A stretch of DNA of 63,634 bases, the filler included, from Octopus bimaculoides (Eukaryota), in NCBI RefSeq assembly GCF_001194135.2. It is 6 parts of 5 records of this genome, joined end to end, with 100 filler letters (N's around TTAATTAATTAA, not from the genome) between each part and the next. Parts side by side here need not be neighbours in the genome. Positions count along the whole stretch, not along the records: positions 23,507 to 44,204 come from NC_068985.1; positions 44,305 to 62,457 come from NC_068987.1; 4 more parts are not named here. One strand, written 5' to 3'. Positions within the stretch are counted from its first letter, which is position 1. Each line of letters starts with the position of its first letter. The position numbers and the translations under genes were made by a program. Below are positions 41,071 to 51,689 of this stretch, in pieces. The notes under the pieces are model-generated. The model worked only from the letters and a program-made list of their open reading frames with translations, searched no databases and had not been told where the DNA came from.

Positions 41071-42190
41071 GTAATAATAATAATCCTTTCTGTTATAGGC
41101 ACAAGGCATGAAATTTGTGGGTGGGGGAACTAGTAAATTTAATCGACCCCAGTGTTTCACTGGTATTTAATTTATTGACTGTGAAAGGATGAAAGGCAAA
41201 GTCGACCTTGGCGGAATTTGAACTCAGAACATAAAAATGGACGAAATGCTGCAAAGCAATTTCCCTGGCATGCTAACGATTCTGCCAACTCACCACTTTA
41301 CTACTAATAATAATAATGGTTTTGAATTGTGGCACAAGGCCAGTAATTTTGGGTAGGGGTAAGTCAATTACACTGACCCCTGTGCTCAACTGGTACTTAT
41401 TTTATTGACCCCCAAAAAGATGAACGTCAAAGTCCACCTTGGTGATATTTGAACTCGGAACACAATGATGGACGAAATGCTGTTAAGCATTTTGCCTGGC
41501 ATGCTAATGATTCTGATTGCCACCTTAATTATAATAATAATGGTCTCAAATTTTGGCACAAGGCCAGCAGTTTTGAGGGTGAGGACTATTTTATCAACCT
41601 CAATAGGATGAAAGGCAAAGTTGACCTTGGTAGAATTTGGATAGATGAAATGCTACTGAACATTTTCCTTGGCGTGCTAACAATTTTGTCAGCTTACTGT
41701 CTTAATAATAATAATAATAATAATAATAACAATAATTCTTTTTACTAAAAGCACAAGGCCTGAAATTTGTGGGGAGGGAACTAGTCAACTACATCAACCC
41801 CAATGCGCAACTGGTACTTATTTCATTGACACCAAAAGGTGAAAGGCAAAGTCGACCTCGATAGAAATTGAACTCAGAACGTAAAGATGGATGAAATGCC
41901 ACTAAACATTTTGCCCGCTGTACTAACGATTCTGCTAGCTCGACACCTTATGTAATAATAATAATGATTATTGCAAATTTTTGCTACAAGGGCAGCTTGG
42001 GGGAGGTGGGGATAAGTTGATTATATTGACCCCAGTGTTCAACTGGTATTTACTTTATCGACCCTGAAGAGATGAAAGGCAAAGTCGACCTTGTTGGAAT
42101 TTGAACTCAGAACGTAGCAACAGACAAAACACCACTAAGCATTTCACCCAGCATACTAACGATTTTGCTAGCTCACTGCCTATATAACAA
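40703..42190 (-). repeat. Head-to-tail train of six family-B SINEs separated by (TAA)n
   Basis: Copies at about 40703-40880, 41070-41300, 41305-41530, 41531-41705, 41705-41950 and 41955-42190. All are on the minus strand and each begins at an AAT run. Confidence 0.88.
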
Positions 42191-43066
42191 CAACAACAAC
42201 AACAACAATAATGCTTTCTTTACCACTAAGGGTTTACAAAAACGTTGGGGAAAGAAATGGACAATACAATGTGGGGTTACATTAAGAAGCATATAAGAAG
42301 TAGAAAAACAGAATAATTCCTCAAAAGAGGGAAACTTCTTAGGGCTACTCATGAAAACCCCACAAAACCATGGTCAACCTGACCATGACAGCAAGTGCCC
42401 ACTCCACATCATTTTCTTTCAAATTACAGGCATATACTCAGAGTAGGCTTATTCACTCACTCACCTTTTAACAAAATTGCTGGGAGGCAACACTTGCTTC
42501 TCTACTCTCACTTTCCTTTTTAAGTGAAACTTGAAAATTTTTGAGGAGGACTTGGCCAAAGAAAAAAGTATCTATCTTCAGCCTTTTCAATCTGCTCCCA
42601 CATTATCTCTTTTGCTAAGGCTACCAGACAAATAAACACTGCCTGCCCTTCCTGGCCAAAAGGAAGTGGGTGGGACGATCTTCACAATAAATTCAGTTGA
42701 TAGTTGAATCCATCCTACACGTGACAGCAAGCGTTTGACATAAATCCACAAGTCAGCAATGCCTGGCCACTGGACAAGAGCATGCAGAACAGTTTCACTA
42801 TAATAATAATAGAAATCAACAGAATATAGAAACTAAAAACAATTCCTCTACTGGTAATAGTAGTAACATTAGGCATAGTTTAAAAAAGGGTCTTCAATAT
42901 TTATTGATAAAATACTTGGAAAATCAAATATACACGATGTCCAAAAGATTGCACTAGCCTCAACATCCCATCTCGAGAAAATTCCTATTGCTTTAACACA
43001 GTTACTGGCCTTAGATTTCAGATAAAGACTTAACTAGTAACTAAAATGACCCCAAATCAAGCTAAG

Positions 43067-43100
<34 letters not shown>

Positions 43101-43108
<8 letters not shown>

Positions 43109-43354
43109 GCATCCTTTTAAAGCCTAGCCAGGCTCATGGGCCCGGTTTCCCAGTTTCTATGGCATATGTGTTCCCCAGCTGGACAGGACGCCAGTCCATC
43201 CCAGCGTTACTCATTTTTGTCAGCTGAGTGGACTGGAGCAACGTGAAATGAAGTGTTTTGCTCAAGAACACAACGCGTCACCCGGTCCAGGAATCGAAAC
43301 CACAATCTTACGATCATGATGCTGACAGCCTAACCACTACGCCACGCACCTCCA
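43101..43354 (-). mobile_element. tRNA-derived SINE family G, full length within (TAA)n
   Basis: Sense head gcgtggcgtagtggttagg...ggtttcgattcc, core gtgttcttgagcaaaacacttcatttcacgttgctccagtccactcagctg. Related copies lie near 4151 and 24800. Confidence 0.85.
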
Positions 43355-43355
43355 C

Positions 43356-43386
<31 letters not shown>

Positions 43387-43474
43387 AATGAATGAATGAA
43401 TGAATATGTAAATAAATAAATATACTTGTATAAATCTACTGTCAATAGTAGTTTTATGGTGTTATGCAAGCTGC

Positions 43475-43506
<32 letters not shown>

Positions 43507-44014
43507 ATGATGTCAACTCTATCTGAATAGGTGTGTTTGTTCTATTCAAACAAATCTATTCAAATGTCTCAAGAAGCAACATCTCTTCTTAAACAATTGT
43601 GTACAATAAATGTCAATCATTGGTTTTAATACCACCACCACCTACTCTATAAACATATATTTACAAATTAACTGTAGCGTTCAGTCTCTGGAAACATTTC
43701 ACTTATTCCACAGATAATTTCTAAGAGATGTGATCCCTATATTATTACCCTTATATAAATCTCCTCGTTGTCGTTGTCGTCGTCATCGTCGTAGTCGCCA
43801 CCGCCACCGCCTACAACACCACCACCGCCACCACCATCGTCATCATCGTCATCACCATCATGTGGTTGGGAAGCATACTTCTTACCATACAGCCATGCCT
43901 ACGCCTAAGATATATATATATATAGTTGGAAAAAGTTTAGAGATCTATACAAATCAAAGAAATGACACAGAAGTAAGTCTAAGACATTTCAATTTAAGAA
44001 GGAATTTAATAAAA

Positions 44015-44204
44015 ATCATCATCATCATCATCATCATCGTTTAACGTCCGCTTTCCATGCTAGCATGGGTTGGACGATTTGACTGAGGACTGGTGAAACC
44101 GGATGGCAACACCAGGCTCCAGTCTGATTTGGCAGAGTTTCTACAGCTGGATGCCCTTCCTAACGCCAACCACTCAGAGAGTGTAGTGGGTGCTTTTACG
44201 TGTC
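44015..44204 (-). mobile_element. Family D retroelement 3' end with (GAT)n tail (SINE or RTE-type 3' end)
   Basis: Sense 3' end ...ccaacccatgctagcatggaaagcggacgttaaacgatgatgatg. Related copies lie near 25124(-), 33990, 39960, 52668(-), 53335, 60045(-), 61005 and 62365(-). Confidence 0.8.
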
Positions 44205-45087
44205 NNNNNNNNNNNNNNNNNNNNNNNNNNNNNNNNNNNNNNNNNNNNTTAATTAATTAANNNNNNNNNNNNNNNNNNNNNNNNNNNNNNNNNNNNNNNN
44301 NNNNAAAATTTCGGGTCTTGTGCCTATAGAAAAGAATAATTTCCATGTGAGTGTGTATGTGTATGTGTATGTGCGTGTGTTTGTGTGTGAAGCCGACGAT
44401 TTTAATGTTTTCATTTTTTTAATATATATTTCAAGCTTTTTTTTTTTTTTGGCTTGTTATATTTTCCCTGTTTTGTCCTACTTGACTTTGATTTTTGGTT
44501 GAAACTACTTAACCTTTTTAGTGTGATTGCTTGTCACATAATCTTCCCAGGCTGTTCATAATATGAGGTAGGTTTTAAGTGTAGACAATAACTACTAAAG
44601 TTTGAGTTTTCAAATATTTTATTAACCTACATAGTCATACTTACAAGTGTACATCCAATAAATTAATGGAACAACATTCATCAAACAGCGGTTACGCATC
44701 TTCTGTATTTAACTAAATGGATAATATCATGAAAGTTGTGCAAGGAATTATAATATAATTAATATGTGGTCCTTGACATTGCAAGTCAAAGTAGGCGCAT
44801 TTTGTACAACATAATTACATCAGGATTTTTTCTGTAACTTCTTTTAAGAAATTTCCTGGAAAAAGTTAACTATCTCCTGAGATTCATCTTGGAAAATTAC
44901 ACCAATACACCAATTTTTAAAATTTTCACTAAACTTTAAAATTTCCACAGGTGTAACCAAAGAGAATAAAAATCCCATTTGAAAAATGATAGAGGTGAGA
45001 GAAAGAACAACTCGCAGCAAGTAACATAGATTGCCGTTGATAGCTTAGTAGCACTCTGGTCATGAGAGTGAATATTCAGCCAGATTG

Positions 45088-45099
45088 TTTGGCGGGAAA
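45088..45099. promoter_or_regulatory. E2F-like motif TTTGGCGGGAAA in a CpG-containing patch between ANO10 and WDPCP
   Basis: Exact sequence tttggcgggaaa. No transcript evidence. Confidence 0.25.
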
Positions 45100-45209
45100 A
45101 CACGCTGCATTACTTTGAAATTTGTCGTGTTAATCATAGTAAAGTCAACCGATGCTGATCGCTCGAGACATATTTACATAAGTGTTAATACCTTATATGG
45201 TGACGCTTT

Positions 45210-45824
45210 GGATCTTTTTTAAAACGGGGGCCACATTTTTCATTAACGAAACACTTTGAAACTTGGAACACTGGTAGAATGTGTCATATAAAACATCTTT
45301 TTCTCTTAGTCTTCTTAAAAAAAAAAAAGAAATCCATAAGTTATTCCATGTTAAAGTTGTCGTATTTCTGTAATTTCAACCAATCACTGACGTCCATTCA
45401 GCCGATATACATTAAGTGCCGACTACATAAACAAACGATTCTGAAACAATTAACCCTAACCCTAACCCTACGGTTAGGGTTAAAGCAAATTTAAAATGAA
45501 AAAAGCAAATAAAACGAAGGTATGGAGATTAAATACGCTTTACATCGCTTAATCAGCCAAAGGAGTAAATATAAACAACTGAATACTTGTCAGTGATTGG
45601 TTGAAATTATCGAAATAAGNNNNNNNNNNNNNNNNNNNNNNNNNNNNNNNNNNNNNNNNNNNNNNNNNNNNNNNNNNNNNNNNNNNNNNNNNNNNNAATA
45701 CAAAAATATTTTTCTGTTCTATAACACAAAATAGATAAGTATACGAAGTTTGAAAGTCTTTCCGTACCAAAAACACTACGTAAAACATAAATGAAAAATG
45801 TGGCCCCCGTTTTAAAATAGATCC
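45210..45824. mobile_element. MITE-like element with TIRs, internal IRs and a central telomere-like palindrome
   Basis: Left end ggatcttttttaaaacgggggccacatttttcat and right end atgaaaaatgtggcccccgttttaaaatagatcc. Internal IR aatttcaaccaatcactgac / gtcagtgattggttgaaatt. Centre aaccctaaccctaaccctacggttagggtt. Confidence 0.8.
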
Positions 45825-45863
45825 GACACTTTTCCTTTTGTGGAGATATAATAGTTCGTAGTG

Positions 45864-46130
45864 GAGGCGCAATGGCCCAGTGGTTAGGGCAGCGGACTCG
45901 CGGTCATAGGATCGCGGTTTCGATTCCCAGACCAGGCGTTGTGAGTGTTTATTGAGCGAAAACACCTAAAGCTCCACGAGGCTCCAGCAGTGGGTGGTGG
46001 CGAACCCTGCTGTACTCATTCACCACAACTTTCTCTCACTCTTACTTCCTGTTTCTGTTGTACCTGTAATTCAAAGGGTCAGCCTTGTCACACTGTGTCA
46101 CGCTGAATATCCCGGAGAACTACGTTAAGG
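45864..46130 (+). mobile_element. SINE family C, 3'-truncated copy
   Basis: Same head and body as 51314-51689 and 60521-60992. It ends at ctacgttaaggg, where a family-B fragment starts. Confidence 0.88.
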
Positions 46131-48327
46131 GACTAAATGCTAAACGGTATTTCGTCCGTCTTTATGTATGTTCTGAATTCAAATTTCGCCGAGGTCAGCT
46201 TTGTCTTTCATCCTTTCGGAGTGAATAAAATAACAGCAGTTGAGTGCTGGGGTTGATGTAATCGACTGATCCCCTCCATCAAGATTTCAGGCCTTGTGCC
46301 TATGTAATCGACTTACCTCAATCCCTAAAATTGTAGACCTTTTGCCAAAATTTGAAACCATTATTTCCCTATGGCTTAAAACCGATAAAATCGTTAGCGT
46401 GCCGGACAAAATAGTGACATTTCTTCCCGTTATTTACATTCTGAGTTCAAATTCTACTGAGGTCGACTTAGTCAAGTACTGGAGTCAATGTTATCGATTT
46501 GCCCCCCACCCCCAATCTGGCCTTGAGCCAAAAATTGGAACAAAATTGCAACTATATGGCTAATAGATGTGAATTTGTCACTCTTCCTATTTACTAGAAG
46601 ATCAACATTAACAATTATTATTTGATGGCTGATGAATAAGCGGACATTAGCGAAGTATGATCAAACGACTTAGTTACACAAGTGTGCCTCCCATTCCGGC
46701 TTTGTTTCTTCAGCGCTTTCTGAAAAATGGATATATTTCAGGGGAATTTTCTATAAATACCTTTCAGATGACATAGATTATGATTACATCGGAATTTGTT
46801 AAGAAAACTTTTTCGGGGATGGGTGAGCGAAGTTTCGTACAATTCATACGCTTTGACTTAGTTTCCTCACACGTTTTTTTTCAACGTAAGATCGCAATTA
46901 TGTTGCAAAAAAAAAAAGAGAAAAACAAAAGGGTTTTGAGGACCATTCCGCCCTTTCTTTCTGGAATTTATTAAATGAATATTTTTTTTTTAAATGAACT
47001 TTTCCAGGCCTATAGCGTACCTAACAGTCATACCAACAAATAAAACAGTATACCTTCCAGAAACTAATTGAAGAAATTTTGATGGTATACTTAATCAGGA
47101 CCGGTTTTTAGCCAACTAAACAGATTTGTTCAAATTAGGTTCAACGCACAAACTCGAGCGGAGGACGCTCTGATGAATTTTTAGTACATCATTGTGGGGG
47201 CTCAAACCCTCAATGCTTTTTGACTGGGTCTGATGTACTACATGAAGCATAAAACATGAATCTTCAGCTTTTGTAGAGTAGAGAGTCCCACTGACGATTC
47301 TCTAACTGGATCCCCTCACTTCCAAGCACCGACCCTGACTTAATATAATCAATAATAGATTTTATAATCTAATTTTGTGTTTGTTTATACTTAAAACAAA
47401 AATACGCATATTCAAGATGAAAATAAATAATTATATGAATATTAATAGTAATGAGAGGAAGGGACATAAATTTGAGAGATACCACAAAATTAAAAGTTAC
47501 CGATTGCATGTGATCTGTTTAAGATCGGATGCAATCATCTATAACTGTTGATTATTATATATTGCAGTTTACAAATATTTGCGTTAGGTGCATTGCTCAC
47601 ACACACAAGATTTGCATAAAGTATGTTGCTCACACACAATCAGAATATGGGATATGAAAAAAAAATATTCTTCAGAATTTTATAGCGACTATAGGATGAA
47701 GTTGAAAACGTGAGACAATCTTTACAGACTAATAACAAGTTACTCACCGAACAAAGTATAACTTAAATCATTCCAGTAAAATATATTTTCTTTCAAATAA
47801 TAAATAACACCAATATAAGTAATCCATTAAATGCTTTTGCTGGGTCTGTTTTCAAGTAGAATAAACTTCACGCTTTCAAGTTTAAAGTTAAGCAATTAGT
47901 TTATTCAAGAAATTATAAAGTGTAATTAAGCCAGAAATATATTTAAAGGATACAACCACCGGTTGCACCGGGTACCTGCTTAATCTCTTTACGAAATGAA
48001 TTAATTATATTTAGTCACATCATTTAATCCGTTATAATGAACTTTATTTTATTGTAATTTACTTCATACTTAATCGATTTCCGTATGAAAAATCTAAGAG
48101 TGTTCAAACCCTTGGTTAAACTTGAAATTCTGTATTTATTATCCCTTGCTCAGCCCGTCATTGCTCTCAATATCAGCGATGCTACCGAGTTTTTCTTTAA
48201 AATGTTTCTTTGGAAACCGTATTCGAACCTCTGTAAGGGGTTTTTAAAATTCAAGTGAGTCAACTTAACGAAATTAATATTATTTTGCTTGATTGTTTGT
48301 TTTATTGTTTGGTTCCTGTCATTCGCA

Positions 48328-50502
48328 ATGACAGGTTGTGTGGCTGAATTGTTTTTCTGGACTGTCGGAAGCAATGTTTACATACCTGATAACATCACTG
48401 GTTGTCATGTGTACCACGAAAAAGATGAAAGAGTCTCCAGAGCGGAACATCCATATTGGCATGAAAAACAAATGTATACAGAAAGTCGTGATATTACTTG
48501 GAGTCTACGTAACAAGAGACCGGATAAACTTAGGGATACTTTAAAAGAAGTGGAAATTTTATTAAGCCAATACAAATGTGTTAAGGCCAGTTGGAAAAAT
48601 AAAGTCGTCCTCCAGATTATTTTAAGCAATGGATATGTAATTACGTACCTTGTTAAACAAAATGTTGCCGATATCGAAAAAGTACTCATTGATAAATCAC
48701 TTTGTGGAAAATTGAGCGGAGAATTCATTTCCGATGCTCTCCTAACCAACAGTTTTATTATTCTGTCATATCCTAATCTCGCTAAATTGGATTATGTTTA
48801 CTTTCAAAAAAGAGGCAACGCGGGAGATGTCGGGAAGAAAATTGAGAAAGTGTCAGCTTTTGATCCAAAATTTGGTCATTTTCAAATCCCTGGACCATCA
48901 ACAAGAAGAGTAAACAGACACTTATCTTATTGTTCTGATCGAAATTTGCTCTTGGTTTGGTGTTCTATCAATCCCAAGGATGGTTGTCCGTGGTCACCGC
49001 TGGTCAGTGATTGTGAACAGGCCAATTTGGTGTTGTTATCAATAAATGGACCTCGATTAGAAGTTATTTCTCACGTCAAAACAGAATATAACCTTCTGAA
49101 TGCTACTTTGAGTCAAAAAACTCAACAAATAATTACGGTAGAGCTGGTCTCAAGTCGGTCAGAGGAAACAACTGTTGAAAGAGGGACATATGAAATCTTA
49201 AAAACAAAGTTACAACAGAGTAGATCTATATCTATGACTTTGCCCAGTCTCTTCACCTGCCTTAGTGTCCATCCCTCAACAAACAGACTGCTATTTGGTT
49301 GTCAAGATGGAACTTTAGTGATGTTTGATGAAACTTTTATGACAATGCATTCAACCCAAGCCAGTTTAGTACCAGTAAATATAAAATGGCACTCAAATGG
49401 TGCTGTTGCGTTTGTTGTAAGTGCCTCTGGGAATATTCAGTTATTTGATCTCGCTCTTAACCACCTCAACTTCCAGTTGCTTGGTGACCAGTTTTCTTCA
49501 GAGAAAGTATTAAAGACTGATATGTTTTTTAAGAAAACCGTTTTCTTTGAAGATATGCAATGGAATGATTGTGACAATGATACTGAACTTTCAAGAAATT
49601 CTCAATTTCTTTTACTTATATTCAACAAAGGCCCACTAGCTGTTTTACAGTTATACTTTGGCCTTATGAGTCAAGAAGGTTTGTCTGTCCTTGAACTGAT
49701 CAAAGAATATATAAAACACCAACAGCTTTATGAAGCTACCAACCTGTTATGTTCTTTACATTGGGAAAGCGATGGCCCAAGTTGCTATGCAGGTATTTCA
49801 GCTATTGCTAATTACCTTTTGCGACTGCCACTCAATGCAGAAAGAGAAAGCTACCTTGAAAAGACTCTAGGTATGTTTTATTCTCCAGTGAAAACATCAA
49901 TTGCTAACATATTAGAATATCGAGATCCAATATGTAGACTTGCTCGACGATTTTTTCATTTGCTTCTCAGATATTCTCGGTTTGAAAAGGCTTTCTTGCT
50001 TGCTGTTGATATAGGGAGTGAAGATCTGTTCATGGACTTACATTACACTGCTGTAGATCACAATGAAACGTCATTAGCAGAAGTTTCAAAAAAGAAGGCT
50101 GAAGAAATTCAAGAGTTATGCATAAATTCTTCAGAAGAAGAAAGTTCTGAGTCAGACTATCATTCTGATTACTATCAGAATCCTTTGCAGAGCTATCCCA
50201 GTAACTCTGACCTTGTTGAAAAGGTGATGCACCATCAAAAAATTAAGAAATCACCTAGTCTGCAAGAACGATGTCCAAGTCGTGTCCCAAAATTAAGATT
50301 AAGACATCGTACAGAAAATACCGACAAAGATTCAACTGTTGATTATTTCCATTCCACAACCTCTTATCAACCCTCTGAAAACTATCATGATGCAATCGGT
50401 AAGGAATTGGTTAATGAATTAATTCAAGACTACACAGATGCTTTACTGGACAAACCTACAATTGATGTTGATGGCTCTAGTCATGTTTTTACATATTTAT
50501 AG
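48328..50502 (+). CDS. WDPCP: WD repeat-containing and planar cell polarity effector protein fritz homolog (CPLANE complex), 724 aa, single uninterrupted ORF
   Basis: The ORF track's 737-aa ORF starts at TTG 48289; the first ATG is at 48328 (gcaATGa). The translation carries Fritz hallmarks: AELFFW at the N-terminus, ESRDITWSLRNKRPDKLRDTLKEVE, IDKSLCGKLSGEFISDALLTNSFIILSY, LLFGCQDGTL, IQLFDLAL, FNKGPL and RLARRFFHLLLRYSRFEKAFLLAVDIGSEDLFMDLHY. No stops or frameshifts over 2175 nt. Confidence 0.96.
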   Translation: MTGCVAELFFWTVGSNVYIPDNITGCHVYHEKDERVSRAEHPYWHEKQMYTESRDITWSLRNKRPDKLRDTLKEVEILLSQYKCVKASWKNKVVLQIILSNGYVITYLVKQNVADIEKVLIDKSLCGKLSGEFISDALLTNSFIILSYPNLAKLDYVYFQKRGNAGDVGKKIEKVSAFDPKFGHFQIPGPSTRRVNRHLSYCSDRNLLLVWCSINPKDGCPWSPLVSDCEQANLVLLSINGPRLEVISHVKTEYNLLNATLSQKTQQIITVELVSSRSEETTVERGTYEILKTKLQQSRSISMTLPSLFTCLSVHPSTNRLLFGCQDGTLVMFDETFMTMHSTQASLVPVNIKWHSNGAVAFVVSASGNIQLFDLALNHLNFQLLGDQFSSEKVLKTDMFFKKTVFFEDMQWNDCDNDTELSRNSQFLLLIFNKGPLAVLQLYFGLMSQEGLSVLELIKEYIKHQQLYEATNLLCSLHWESDGPSCYAGISAIANYLLRLPLNAERESYLEKTLGMFYSPVKTSIANILEYRDPICRLARRFFHLLLRYSRFEKAFLLAVDIGSEDLFMDLHYTAVDHNETSLAEVSKKKAEEIQELCINSSEEESSESDYHSDYYQNPLQSYPSNSDLVEKVMHHQKIKKSPSLQERCPSRVPKLRLRHRTENTDKDSTVDYFHSTTSYQPSENYHDAIGKELVNELIQDYTDALLDKPTIDVDGSSHVFTYL

Positions 50503-51313
50503 TTATTTAACATTAGCCAAAATAATTAAAAACAAAACCCTTAAGCTCCTTAAGGGAACTTCAACACAGTTGCTCAATCTGCTAGAAATAGCAGCTAAAT
50601 TCATTCACATCATACCCTACCATCTTAACCATTTACCTGTCTAAAGCATTTTCATAAGTTTGTCCAAACCATCCATGCTTGTTTTCAGACTTTTGGTAAG
50701 CCCTTCTTTCATATGTCCTGAGTAACATAAAGCTTTCTTTAATAAATTCCATGTTGCTCTGGTGGTTGAAAAAAATTGCCAATGTGAATCATATATGATG
50801 AATGGATGCCAGGGAAATACACAGGACATATAAAGTTTTAAGAAAAAAAGGATACATTAGAAAATGTAGTCCTACATATACAAAAAAGATGGGATGGTTA
50901 CACCTGGAATGCCTTTGACAGTAGATTTGCTTAATCAAAGCTCACCTGGGATTAAACAACAGCTAAAACACCTGTTTCATTACTTCAAAGTTAAGTACCA
51001 TCAGAAAATGGTTATTTTCTGGTGAACCACTGCTCCTTGCATAGCAAACAGGCTCCTGCAAAGAAAGCATACATTTTGTTTTTCTTCCATCTATTTGTTT
51101 ATGTTTGGGAAAAATGAATATTGAGATATAAAATATTTGATTTTGGATTCTTTAAATTCTTAATCAGTGTTTGTCAACCATTTTCTTTTCCTGTGGTGCC
51201 TTTTTGGTTCCTGTTATATTCATATAAATCCTCCTAGCCATTAGATGTTTAACAAAATCCTATTATAGATCCTTCTAGCCATTCAATGTTTAACAAAATC
51301 CTATTATAAAAGT

Positions 51314-51689
51314 TGTTGTTGGCACTCCGTCGCTTACGACGTTGAGGGTTCCAGTTGATCCGATCAACGAAACAGCCTACTCATGAAATTAACGTGCAAG
51401 TGGCTGAGCACTCCACAGACACGTGTACCCTTAACATAGTTCTCGAGGATATTCAGCGTGACAAGGCTGACCCATTTGAATTACAGGTACAACAGAAACA
51501 GGAAGTAAGAGTGAGAGAAAGTTGTGGTGGAAGAGTACAGCAGGGTTCGCCACCATCCCCTGCCAGACCCTCGTGGAGCTTTAGGTGTTTTCGCTCAATA
51601 AACACTCACAACGCCCTGTCTAGGAATCGAAACCGCGATCCTATGACCGCGAGTCTGCTGCCCTAACCACTGGGCCATTGCGCCTCCAC
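51314..51689 (-). mobile_element. tRNA-derived SINE family C, full length with 11-bp TSD
   Basis: A box TGGCCCAGTGG, B box GGTTTCGATTCC, (AAC)n tail. TSD attataaaagt at 51303-51313 and 51690-51700. Confidence 0.92.

Noticed and set aside
40703-42190. Regularly spaced repeats resembling a CRISPR array
   Set aside because: The units are about 200-nt diverged SINEs with TAA linkers, there are no unique spacers and no cas genes, and the context is eukaryotic.
45450-45481. TTAGGG/CCCTAA repeats as evidence of a telomere or chromosome fusion
   Set aside because: Only three to four units, located at the centre of a MITE-like element.
45864-45940. tRNA-like sequences with A and B boxes at SINE heads
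   Set aside because: They continue into SINE bodies, lack a complete cloverleaf and acceptor stem, and recur as dispersed repeats. They are not tRNA genes.
48289-48327. 13-codon N-terminal extension of WDPCP from a TTG start
   Set aside because: Homology to Fritz begins at the ATG at 48328, which has a good Kozak context. There is no support for non-AUG initiation.
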